From contig OZ253462.1 in assembly GCA_965261395.1 (NCBI GenBank), positions 5,856,001 to 5,920,000 on the forward strand: DNA of 64,000 nt. Reading direction: 5' to 3'. A model generated the notes under the pieces. The model was given only the letters and a program-made list of their open reading frames with translations. It was not told the origin of the DNA and did not search any database. This stretch comes from Candidatus Latescibacterota bacterium. Its GTDB lineage: Bacteria > Latescibacterota > UBA2968 > UBA8231. Shown one piece after another: positions 22,901 to 30,190 of this stretch. Every line of letters starts with the position of its first letter. Within the stretch, counting starts at the first letter, position 1. A program made the position numbers and the translations under genes.

Positions 22901-25185
22901 TCGGTGTCGGTCGTTGTCGCCTCGGCGGTAAAGGTCTCCGTCTGAGAAATGCCTTGGACACTCACTTGAACCGTGTTGGTGCCAGCGCTGTTTCCAAGCG
23001 TCAGCGTACTCGCCGCTCTGCCGTTGGCATCGGTCGCGGTGCTCGTGGCACTCAGCGTGCCTCCACCTGCGGTGATGGCAAAAGCCACCGGCACTCCTAC
23101 AAACGCGCCGCTATTGGCATCCTGCACTTCAACCACAAACGGCTGTGCTAGTGCGGTACCGGACGTGCCCTGCTGGCTATCTCCCGATACTTTCGCAAGT
23201 GTCGTAGGCGTTCGGTTGTCAAATTCTATGAAAATGCTTCTCGCCTGTAGGGCCGGAATGTGGGTGTAGATGGACGGGTAGCTCAACGGATTGCCCTGCA
23301 CATCAATCTCAGTGTTTTCTCCCAACCCCGTATTTGATACTAACGGCGAGAGGTCGGATACCGCGTTTTCAGCAAGAAACAACTCTAACAGGTCGGTTAA
23401 GCCCGCTACAGCCGATAGATCCGAGATGCTATTTCCACTCATAGTGAGTGAGGTTAGGCTGGTGAGGTTCGCCACCGCGGCTAGGTCTGAGATGCTGTTG
23501 TTGGGCGCATCCAGCCAGACTAGGTTGGTCAGGTTCGCCACCGCGGCGATACTGGAGATGGTGTTATCGCCGATTCGCAGTTCGGTCAGGTTGGTCAAGC
23601 CCACCACAGCAGCAATATCGGATACCGAATTCTCGCGGAGATATAGATGGGTCAGGTTGGTCAATGCGGCCACGGCCGATACATTTGCTATCGAGTTTTC
23701 GCCAAGACGTAGATCGGTCAGGTTAGTCAATGCGGCTACGTGCGATATATCCGTGATGGCGTTGCCCCACAGATACAGTTTGGTCAGGTTGGTTAATCCC
23801 GCCACAGCGGATATGTTCGAGATTTCGTTATCCCAAAGCTGTAGTTCGGTCAGATTGGTCGCGGTTTCCAGTCCGGTCAGATCGCTAATGGAGGCGTCTT
23901 GTGCGGCAAGGGAGGTTAGCGTTGCCATCTCGGCTGCGGAGATGGGGTCTCCAGACGTTTTGCCGAGGGCGGTTTCGATGTTGGCGCGGAGATTGGCGTC
24001 GGGGATGTTTACGGCCGCGGTATTGGGAGTCGTTGCACTGATGACTTCTAGCGGCAGGTCGGCGGATTTGACGAGTTCGTAGCCGGAGTGGTTTGTCGGC
24101 GGCCTCGGCAAGGTGCCAATGTCCATGGTGACCGCTGCCGTCGTACTGGGGGTGCGGGTCACGGTGAGCGGTTGGCTTTCCAAGCTGCCGGCGGGTATCG
24201 TGATGGTGGTTGCGCCGCTGCTGAGGCCGCCATTCGCAACGGTGAGCGGCAGGACGATCTCAAACGGCGCACCGGCAGGGGCCACGGCCTTGACCTGATC
24301 CGCGCCAACCTTCTGTAAAGACACGGTAAGCGGCAGGGGATCCACCGAGTTGCCATACAAGTAGAGCGTCGTCAGCGCCGACAATCCGTCAAACAGGCCG
24401 TCCGGTAGCGTCGATAACTGGTTGCCGTTCAAGTAAAGCGTCGTCAGCGCGGTCAGCCCGTCAAACAGGCCATCTGGCAGCGTCGTCAACTGGTTGTCAT
24501 ACAGGCGGAGTTCCTGCAAGCTGGTCAGGCCCTCGAAGTCGTCGGCTTGCAGGGCGGTAAGGCTCTGACCGTTCAGGAACAGACTCGTAATCCCGGTGGC
24601 CACCTGCGCCGCCGTCACCTCCGCGCAGGTGCTGGGACTGGGGTTTTGTGCCTGTAGCCCAGCCAAAATAGCGGTTTGCACCTGCGAGGTGCGGTCACAA
24701 ATCCCTCCTGCCAAAAGACTGAATATTTCTAGCGGCAAGTCGTCGGATTTGACGAGGGCATAGCCGGAATGGTTTGTGGGCAGCCCCGGCAAGGTGCCAA
24801 TGTCCACGGTGACGGCAGCAGTTGTACCGGGAGTGCGCGTCACCGTGAGCGGTTGGCTTTCCAGACTGCCGGCGGGTATCGTGAGAGTGGTTGCACCGCC
24901 GCTAATGCTGCCGTTGGTAACGGTGAGTGGCAGGACCATATCAAAGGGTGCGCCGGACGGTGCCACGGCTTTGACCTGATCCGCTCCAACCTTCTCTAAG
25001 GACACGGTAAGCGGCAGCGGGTTCACTGCGTTGCCATCCAAGTAGAGCGATGTCAGCGACGACAGTCCCGAAAATACACCCGCTGGTAGCGTGCTCAACT
25101 GGTTGCCGGCCAGGTGGAGCCCTCCCAGCGCGTTGAGGTTGTCAAAGATGCCCTCGGGCAGCGTGGTCAACCTGTTGGAAGCCAA
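10978..25185 (-). CDS. C-terminal half of giant surface protein (LRR, internalin-like LRR, Big_1, cadherin-like, Calx-beta-like, metzincin, Ig-like repeats, FlgD/T9SS-CTD-like tail)
   Basis: Begins mid-LRR (TTG-ASNRLTTLPEG) with no signal peptide; HELGHAFDLRH at 21142-21174; ends NYPNPFN...LASGVY...RRLLLLK. Continues the upstream ORF across a frameshift. Confidence 0.9.
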   Translation of the reverse strand: MASNRLTTLPEGIFDNLNALGGLHLAGNQLSTLPAGVFSGLSSLTSLYLDGNAVNPLPLTVSLEKVGADQVKAVAPSGAPFDMVLPLTVTNGSISGGATTLTIPAGSLESQPLTVTRTPGTTAAVTVDIGTLPGLPTNHSGYALVKSDDLPLEIFSLLAGGICDRTSQVQTAILAGLQAQNPSPSTCAEVTAAQVATGITSLFLNGQSLTALQADDFEGLTSLQELRLYDNQLTTLPDGLFDGLTALTTLYLNGNQLSTLPDGLFDGLSALTTLYLYGNSVDPLPLTVSLQKVGADQVKAVAPAGAPFEIVLPLTVANGGLSSGATTITIPAGSLESQPLTVTRTPSTTAAVTMDIGTLPRPPTNHSGYELVKSADLPLEVISATTPNTAAVNIPDANLRANIETALGKTSGDPISAAEMATLTSLAAQDASISDLTGLETATNLTELQLWDNEISNISAVAGLTNLTKLYLWGNAITDISHVAALTNLTDLRLGENSIANVSAVAALTNLTHLYLRENSVSDIAAVVGLTNLTELRIGDNTISSIAAVANLTNLVWLDAPNNSISDLAAVANLTSLTSLTMSGNSISDLSAVAGLTDLLELFLAENAVSDLSPLVSNTGLGENTEIDVQGNPLSYPSIYTHIPALQARSIFIEFDNRTPTTLAKVSGDSQQGTSGTALAQPFVVEVQDANSGAFVGVPVAFAITAGGGTLSATSTATDANGRAASTLTLGNSAGTNTVQVSVQGISQTETFTAEATTTDTDIADDEPLSETTYASGEEVPTLPTGFWTPDETRQAAFSFSGGKVTIEFNNAGEIVKDGITYTCASTEGCTIEDTRVTKGIVRVIGAGSEEPPTTTNNAPVFTDGANITRTIAENTSAGVNISTAIAATDADNDVLTYTLGGTDAAAFAIDSATGQLKTNAALDYETKSSYSVVVTVSDDSLTDTINVTINVTDLDESLIPVCDRTPQVRDAIVAAVPSVSTCGEVTKAHLTSDITSLFLDGQGITTLQAGDFEDLTSLTELRLYDNQLTTLPAGIFDGLTGLTRLYLNDNQLSTLPEGLFDGLSSLTTLYLYGNAVDPLPLTVSLEKVGTDQVKAVAPTGAPFEIVLPLTVTNGSISGGATTITIPAGSLESESLTVVHTSGTTAAVTVDIGTLPELPTNHNGYALVKSSDLPLVFNVSDIGEVEESIVQEPDSPEQPEEVGEPRTVRLFYFLPNDRTYRAEVVEAMKTGILEVQSFYAEQMETHGYGNKTFQIETDDQGDLIVHRVDGDYPESYYISRHYFTQGEINRAYDNSANVILIVMDASRSSTILGHSYPPSKESGKVTLYEEWDWSTAAHELGHAFDLRHDFRSNAYIMSYGWADRESGQLSVCAADFLAVNPYFDSDIPLENESPPTVELISSATYPFGSVSVSVQLRVRDDDGLHQVILLSQPRDPSHPPTPAVRECRGLAGETDTVVEFNFAWRFDAAVNQHSIYVVAVDTNGNSKQVPFILESEPPPQLPPGTAITPVCDRTPQVRDAILDNISGISDCAQVTETHLVAILGLNLQNRNITALKAGDFDGLISLTTLWLQGNQLSSLPAGLFDHLDALTTLWLQGNQLSSLPTGLFDHLDALTTLWLQGNQLTGLPEGLFDGLTALEELFLNGNQLSTLPEGLFDGLTTLTQLRLYGNSVDPLLLTVSLEKVGTDQVKAIAPTGAPFEIVLPLTVTNGSISGATSITIPAGSLESLPITVTRTPSTTAAVTMDMGTLPGLPANHSGYALGKSTDLPLEIISATTPNTAAVNIPDANLRANIETALGKTSGDPISPAEMATLTSLAAQDASISDLTGLETATNLTELQLWDNEISDIAAVAELTNLTKLYLWGNAIADLSHVAGLTNLTDLRLGENSIANASHVAGLTNLTHLDLRENSVSDMAAVAGLTNLTELRIGDNTISSIAAVASLTKLEWLDAPNNSISDIAVVANLTNLTSLDLSGNSIADLSAVAGLTKLLELYLAENAVSDLSPLVANTGLGADNEIDVQGNLLDYPSIYTHIPALQARSVFIDFDNRTPTTLAKVSGDSQQGTSGTALPDPFVIEVQDGESAAFAGVPVTFAVTAGGTLSATSTATDANGQAESTLTLGNSAGTNTVRASAQGIAQSETFTAEATTTDTAVGEGTEVTTYNVGDTILLPTGFQTARLTIGSGRAVTADNGTYTCVAAVDCIIANGAVSQGTIEVTTSAVASNNAPEFTDGVSTTLSVAENTVAGVNLGAAIAATDADNEVLTYTLGGTDAAAFAIDSTTGQVQTSAALDYETTSSYSVVVTVSDGSLTDTINVTINVTDLDESLIPVCDRTPQVRDAIVAVVPGVSTCGEVTKAHLTSDITSLFLNGQGITTLQAGDFEDLTSLTELRLYDNQLTTLPAGLFDGLGALTMLYLNGNQLTTLPDGLFDGLSSLATLYLYGNSVDPLSLTVSLEKVGADQVKAVAPSGAPFDLVLPLTVANGDISGGATTITIPAGGVESQLLTVVRTPGTTAAVTVDIGTLPGLPANHSGYALVKSTDLPLEVIGEVAVTLTIPDANLRAKIETALGKTSGDPISAAEMATLTALSAQDAAISDLTGLETATNLTELQLWDNNIADMAVVAGLTNLTKLYLWGNAITDISHVAGLTNLTDLRLGENSIANVSAVAGLTQLTHLGLRENSVSDISAVATLANLTELRIGDNTISSIAAVANLTKLEWLDAPNNSISDIAAVTNLTSLTSLDLSGNSIADLSAVTGLTNLLELILAENAVSDLSPLVANTGLGADTEIDVQGNPLDYPSIYTHIPALQARSVYIDFDNRTPTTLVKISGDSQQGTPSTALAQPFVVEVQDGESAAFAGVPVTFAITAGGGTLSATSTATDANGQAASTLTLGNSAGTNTVQVSVQGIAQSETFTAEATTTNTAVDESTAVTLELSPTEVAEDAGATTITVTGTLNGAALTTATDVRLTISGTATRDADYSVTVLPLTIPAGSVSGTATLTLSLVDDSVDEDDETVIFTATTTSGLTLSPSSLTVTITDNDTVVSAETTVCDRTPQVRDAIVGILQLQTPSPSTCGEVTEAQVSSGVTSLFLNDQGITALQAGDFAGLTSLTELRLYGNQLSTLPDGLFDGLSALTTLYLNGNQLSALPDGLFNGLSALTTLYLYGNSVDPLPLTVSLEKVGADQVKAVAPSGAPFEMVLPLSVANGSISGGATTITIPAGSFESQPLTVTRTPGTAAAVTVDMGTLPGLPANHSGYALGKSADLPLEMFSLLTGGICDRTAQVQTAIVAAVPSVSTCDEVTQAQLAVITSLNVTDKSISSLKVGDFDGLSALTTLNLTRNQLSSLPAGIFDKLNALKELHLGRNQLSSLPAGIFDKLNALTTLNLSANQLSSLPAGIFDNLNALTRLYLAANQLSSLPAGIFDKLNTLTGLDLGINSVNPLPLTVSLEKVGEGQFKATVPAGAPFDIVLPLTVADGTITGGANSVTIRAGRVESDVVTVTRTPGTTSIVTVNIGILPGLPANHLGYALVKSADLPLEVISSPANTAPAFTDGTSTTRTVAENTANGVLIGTAIAATDADNDVLTYTLGGTDAVSFDIERATGQLKTSAALDYETKSSYSVAITVSDGNLTDTINVTINVTDIAEQPAAVDRTAFESSTPAGYTQVTLSKTGTVWGVPTQYASGSDVGTLAFIVLGTLKGCSFANAEADRPSKVYIKTQDLGQLNSFGSATACGTTTSNASSSFDGARITHLRFFDESSTSNVKEAVYNAATGQIEIPGESIVQQPEQSEEPVNVTLSISTASPLTEETLDESVVTLTLSGGAYESSRSRIRDAVTVSGIDGVTVRRIDVDRVSDTVVTVELTFDGTDFDTDATLTVIVGAGAIEDYDGSPFTAQIVVTATIESEQPDGGQPPEQPDAATDRMAFESSTPAGYTQVTLSKTGTVWGVPTQFTDDSAVGTLAFMVLGTLKGCSFANAEAARPSKVYIKTQDLGSQSNYVSETMCGTTTSSYSSSWAGSRITHLRFFDESSTPNIKEAVYNAATGQIEIPGESIVQQPEQPEEPEQSEALGLTARFEGMPASHDGSEFQFELHFSEEINISFATVRNDVFDVTGGTVTGARRLQAGSNLGWKITIEPDSTNAEVLIILSPTDDCEADGAVCTEDGQPLSNSLVAIVPGAEQSDEPSEGPTITASTASPLTEATLHESVVTLTLSSGAYESSRSTIRGAVTVAGIAGVTVRRLDVDRVSDTVVTVELTFDGTNFDTDATLTFIIGADAIAEYDGSPLTAQIAVAASTESEATEDDGDQQPDSSEQSLTARFEDMPAVHDGSEFTFELHFSEEIKISRALAVSDTVLEVTGGTATRARRLQPPSNLGWRITIEPDTTNAAVSIVLPPTTDCDAVGAVCTEDGRPLANELTASVPGSGLLTARFAALPAAHDGSEFTFEIHFSEEIEISFVNMRDDVLDVTGGVVKGARRLQAGSNLGWNITIEPDSDAEVLIVLPPTDDCEAAGAVCTEDGRPLSNELTAIVPGLLTARFEAMPAAHDGSEFTFELHFSEKIEISFKTLRDTTLDVTGGVAKKAQRLQAGSNLGWKITIEPESNAEVLIVLPPPTDCEAAGAICTEDGRPLSNELTAIVPGPAAKPVVAPRTFGLDANYPNPFNAQTQLVYTLPVASPVELAIYNVMGQRVRTLVQGMQAAGRYQIAWDGRSDSGSSLASGVYLSRLVSTQGVQVRRLLLLK

Positions 25186-28100
25186 GCCATGTCAGTGCGG
25201 AGAGGTTGTCAAAGATACCTTCTGGCAGCGTGGTCAACCTGTTGAGAGCCAAGCCAAGCGTTGTCAGTGAGTTGAGTCCGTCAAAGATGCCCTCGGGCAG
25301 CTTGGTCAATTGGTTGTTTTCCAAGCCAAGCCATGTCAGTGCGGAGAGGTTGTCAAAGATGCCCTCGGGCAACGAACTCAACTGGTTGTCCTGCAGGTTG
25401 AGCACTCTCAGCGCGTTGAGTCCGTCAAAATCGCCGGCTTGCAGGGCGGTAATGCTCTGACCTTTCAGGAACAGACTCGTAATATCGGAGGTCAGATGCG
25501 CCTTGGTTACCTCGCCGCAGGTGCTTACGCCCGGCACCACGGCCACAATTGCGTCGCGCACCTGCGGGGTGCGGTCGCAGACCGGGATTAGGCTTTCGTC
25601 TAGGTCGGTGACGTTGATGGTGACGTTGATGGTGTCGGTGAGGCTGCCATCGGAGACGGTGACGACCACCGAATAGGAAGACGTTGTCTCGTAGTCGAGT
25701 GCCGCACTGGTTTGTACCTGCCCGGTCGTACTATCAATGGCAAACGCAGCCGCATCGGTGCCGCCGAGGGTGTAGGTGAGCACCTCGTTGTCGGCGTCTG
25801 TGGCGGCTATGGCCGCGCCGAGGTTGACGCCGGCCACTGTATTCTCCGCAACAGAAAGCGTCGTGCTCGCTCCATCGGTGAACTCTGGGGCGTTGTTTGA
25901 TGCAACCTCACCCGTTGTGACTTCAATCGTGCCTTGAGAGACTGCGCCGTTTGCAATGATACAATTTACTGCTGCGACGCAGGTGTATGTTCCATTAGCG
26001 GCAGATATTGTTCTTCCATTTCCGATTGTAAGGCGTGCGGTCTGAAATCCCGTGGGAAGTGGAATGGTATCACCGACATTGTATGTGGTAACCTCAGTAC
26101 CTTCGCCAACAGCGGTGTCGGTCGTGGTCGCCTCGGCGGTAAAGGTCTCCGACTGGGCAATGCCTTGGACACTTACTTGAACCGTGTTGGTGCCGGCGCT
26201 GTTGCCAAGCGTCAGCGTGCTCTGTGCTTGGCCGTTGGCATCGGTCGCGGTACTTGTCTCACTCAGCGTGCCGCCGCCGGCAGTGACGGCGAATACCACC
26301 GGCACTCCTGCAAACGCAGCACTTTCCCCATCCTGCACTTCAACCACAAACGGCTGCGCCAGGGCGGTACCGGACGTACCCTGCTGGCTATCGCCCGATA
26401 CTTTCACCAGTGTCGTCGGCGTGCGGTTGTCAAAGTCTATGAAAACACTTCTCGCTTGTAGGGCTGGGATGTGGGTATAGATGGATGGGTAGTCCAACGG
26501 ATTGCCCAGCACATCAATCTCCGTGTCCGCTCCCAACCCCGTATTGGCCACCAACGGCGAGAGATCGGATACGGCGTTTTCTGCAAGATACAAATCTAGC
26601 AGCTTGGTTAAGCCGGCCACCGCCGATAGATCCGAGATGCTGTTGCCACTCATAGTGAGGGATGTCAGGTTGGTGAGGTTTGTCACCGCGGCGATATCGG
26701 AGATGCGGTTGTTGGGCGCATCCAGCCATTCCAGGTTAGTCAGGTTCGCCACCGCGGCGATACTGGAGATGGTGTTATCGCCGATTCGTAGTTCGGTCAG
26801 CTTGGTTAATCCCGCCACAGCAGCAATATCGGATACCGCATTCTCGCGGAGGCCTAGATGGGTCAGGTTAGTCAGGTTCGCCACCGCCGAGATGTTTGCT
26901 ATCGAGTTTTCGCCAAGACGTAGATCGGTCAGGTTGGTCAATGCGGCCACGTGCGATATATCCGTGATGGCGTTGCCCCACAGATACAGTTTGGTCAGCT
27001 TGGTTAATCCCGCCACGGCAGCAATATCCGAGATTTCGTTATCCCAAAGCTGTAGTTCGGTCAGATTGGTCGCGGTCTCAAGGCCGGTCAGATCGCTAAT
27101 GGAGGCATCTTGTGCGGCAAGGGATGTCAAGGTTGCCATCTCGGCTGGGGAGATGGGGTCTCCGGACGTTTTGCCGAGGGCGGTTTCAATGTTGGCGCGG
27201 AGATTGGCGTCGGGGATGTTTACGGCCGCGGTATTGGGAGTCGTTGCACTGATGATTTCTAATGGCAGGTCGTCGGATTTGCCGAGGGCATAGCCGGAAT
27301 GGTTTGCAGGCAGCCCCGGCAAGGTGCCAATGTCCACGGTGACCGCCGCGGTTGTGCCGGGGGTGCGCACCACGGTGAGGGGTTGGCTTTCCAAGCTGCC
27401 TGCGGGAACCGTGATCGTGGTTGCGCCACCGCTGAGGCTGCCATTCGCAACGGTGAGCGGCAGGACGATCTCAAACGGCGCACCGGACGGTGCCACGGCT
27501 TTGACCTGATCCGTGCCAACTTTCTCTAAGGACACGGTAAGTGGTAGTGGATCCACCGAGTTGCCATACAAGTAGAGCGTCGCCAACGACGCCAGTCCGT
27601 CAAACAGACCATCGGGCAACGAACTCAACTGGTTGCCGTTCAAGTAGAGCATCGTCAGTGCGGTCAGCCCGTCGAAGAGGTCTGCTGGTAGCGTCGTCAA
27701 CTGGTTGTCATACAGGCGGAGTTCCGCTAAGCTGGTGAGATCCTCGAAATCGCCAGCTTGCAGGGTGGTAATGCCCTGACCGTTCAGGAACAGACTCGTA
27801 ATATCGGAGGTCAGATGCGCCTTGGTTACCTCGCCGCAGGTGCTGGGACTCGGGGTCTGTGACTGTAGCGCCCTCAAAATCGTGGTTTGCACCTGTGGGG
27901 TGCGCCCGCAGATGCCGGCGGTGGAGGCGGTCGCCGTCACGGTGGCGATGTCGGGGGCGGGGGCGGTGCCGGTGGCACCCGACGGCACGGCGGTCACGGT
28001 GAGAGTGAAGGTAAGTTCGGTGCCCTCCGTCAGCGCCGGGATCGTCACCACCGGCGTGGCGCTCGTGTCATCGTCAAACGTCACCGTCACCCCGCTCGCC

Positions 28101-30190
28101 GGGCTGGTCAGCGCCCAGCCATAGGTCACATTCGTGCCCCACGGCCCGCCGCTGCCGCTGCCATCGAGCGTCACCGTGCCCCCGGCGACGGGAATCGTTC
28201 CGTCATCGGGCAGGGCCACTGCCTTGGGCGCGAACGGTGCCCCGGGATTGTCCGACAGATCCAGCCCCGTCAGCGCGGTCAGCCCGGCGAACACCCCGGC
28301 GGGAAGCGTGGTCAGATCGTTGCCGCCCAGAAGCAGGAGCTCCAGCGCGGTCAGCCCGTCGAACACCCCGGCGGGAAGCGTGGTCAGATCGTTGCCGGGT
28401 AGCCACAACTCCGTCAGCGCGGTCAGCCCGTCGAACACCCCGACGGGAAGCGTGGTCAGCGCGTTGCCCTGCAGATCCAGCCCCGTCAGCGCGGTCAGCC
28501 CGGCGAACACCCCGGCGGGAAGTGTGGTCAGCGCGTTGTCGGCCAGAATCAGGAGCTCCAGCGCGGTCAGGTCCTCGAACACCCCGGCGGGAAGCGTGGT
28601 CAGCGGGTTGACTCTCAGATTCAGATTCTCCAGCGCGGTCAGCCCGGCGAAATCCCCCGCGGCGAGAGCGGTGATGCTCTCGCCGATCAGCGACAGCGTG
28701 CCGGTGATGGCGGCGAGATGGGCCTCGGTTACATCATTGCAATCGCTTACGCTTGGCACGGCGGCTACAATGGCGTCGCGCACCTGCGGGGTGCGGTCGC
28801 AGACGGGGGGCAACGTAGAGACTACAGGGGTCTCGTCTGTGTTTGATGCAACCGCACTCGTTGTGACTTCAATCGTGCCTTGAGAGATTGCGCCGTTTGC
28901 AATGATACAATCTACTGCTGCGACGCAGGTGTATGTTCCATTATCTGCAGTTACTGCTCTTCCACTTCCGATTGTAAGGCGAGGGGTCTGGAATCCCGTG
29001 GGGAGTGGAATGGTATCACCAACATTGTATGTGGTAACATCAGTGCCTTCGCCAACAGCGGTGTCGGTCGTTGTTGCCTCGGCGGTAAAGGTTGCCGTCT
29101 GAGAGATGCCTTGGACACTTACTTGAACCGTGTTGGTACCGGCGTTAGTCCCGAGCGTCAGCGTACTCGCCGCTTGGCCGTTGGCATCGGTCGTGGTGTT
29201 TGTCGCACTCAGCGTACCGCCGCCTGCGGTGATAGCAAACGCCACCGGCACGCCCGTAAAAGCGACGTTGTTGGCATCCTGCACTTCAACGACAAACGGC
29301 TGCGCGAGTGCTGTCTCGGGAGTGCCCTGCTGGCTATCACCCGATATTTTCACCAGTGTCGTCGGCGTGCGGTTGTCAAAGTCTATGAAAACACTTCTCG
29401 CTTGTAGGGCTGGGATGTGGGTATAGATGGATGGGTAGTCCAACGGATTGCCCTGCACATCAATCTCGTTGTCTGCTCCCAACCCCGTATTGGCCACCAA
29501 CGGCGAGAGATCGGATACGGCGTTTTCAGCAAGATACAACTCTAACAGGTTGGTTAAGCCGGCCACCGCCGATAGATCCGAGATGCTATTGCCACTAAGA
29601 TCAAGCGAGTTCAGGTTGGTGAGGTTCGCCACCACGGCGATATCGGAGATGCTGTTGTTGGGCGCATCTAGCCATACCAGGTTAGTCAGGTTCGCCACGG
29701 CAGCGATACTTGAGATGGTGTTATCGCCGATTCGCAGTTCTGTTAGATTGGTCAATGCGGCCACGGCCGATATATCCGATACCGAGTTCTCGTTGAGATG
29801 CAGATGGGTCAGTTGGGTCAATGCGGCTACGGCCGATACATTTGCTATCGAGTTTTCACCCAGCCGCAGATCGGTCAGGTTGGTCAATGCGGCCACGTGC
29901 GATAGATCCGTGATGGTGTTGCCCCACAGATACAGTTTGGTCAGCTTGGTTAATCCCGCCACCGCGGCAATGTCCGCGATGTTGTTGTCCCAAAGCTGTA
30001 GTTCGGTCAGATTGGTCGCGGTCTCCAGTCCGGTCAGATCGCTAATGGAGGCATCTTGTGCGGACAGGGAGGTTAGCGTCGCGATCTCGGCTGGGGAGAT
30101 GGGGTCTCCGGACGTTTTGCCGAGGGCGGTTTCGATTTTAGCGCGGAGATTGGCGTCGGGGATGTTTACGGCCGCGGTATTGGGAGTCGT
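16440..30190 (-). repeat. Five ~1.1-kb internalin-LRR + Big_1 modules inside the giant gene
   Basis: IPDANLRA.IETALGKTSGDPIS...FTAEATT units at about 16440-17530, 18750-19860, 22920-24030, 26130-27240 and 29080-30190. Confidence 0.88.

Noticed and set aside
10978-25185. 4,735-aa ORF as an independent gene
   Set aside because: It starts mid-LRR at a TTG with no evident RBS or signal peptide and is better explained as the frameshifted continuation of the upstream ORF.
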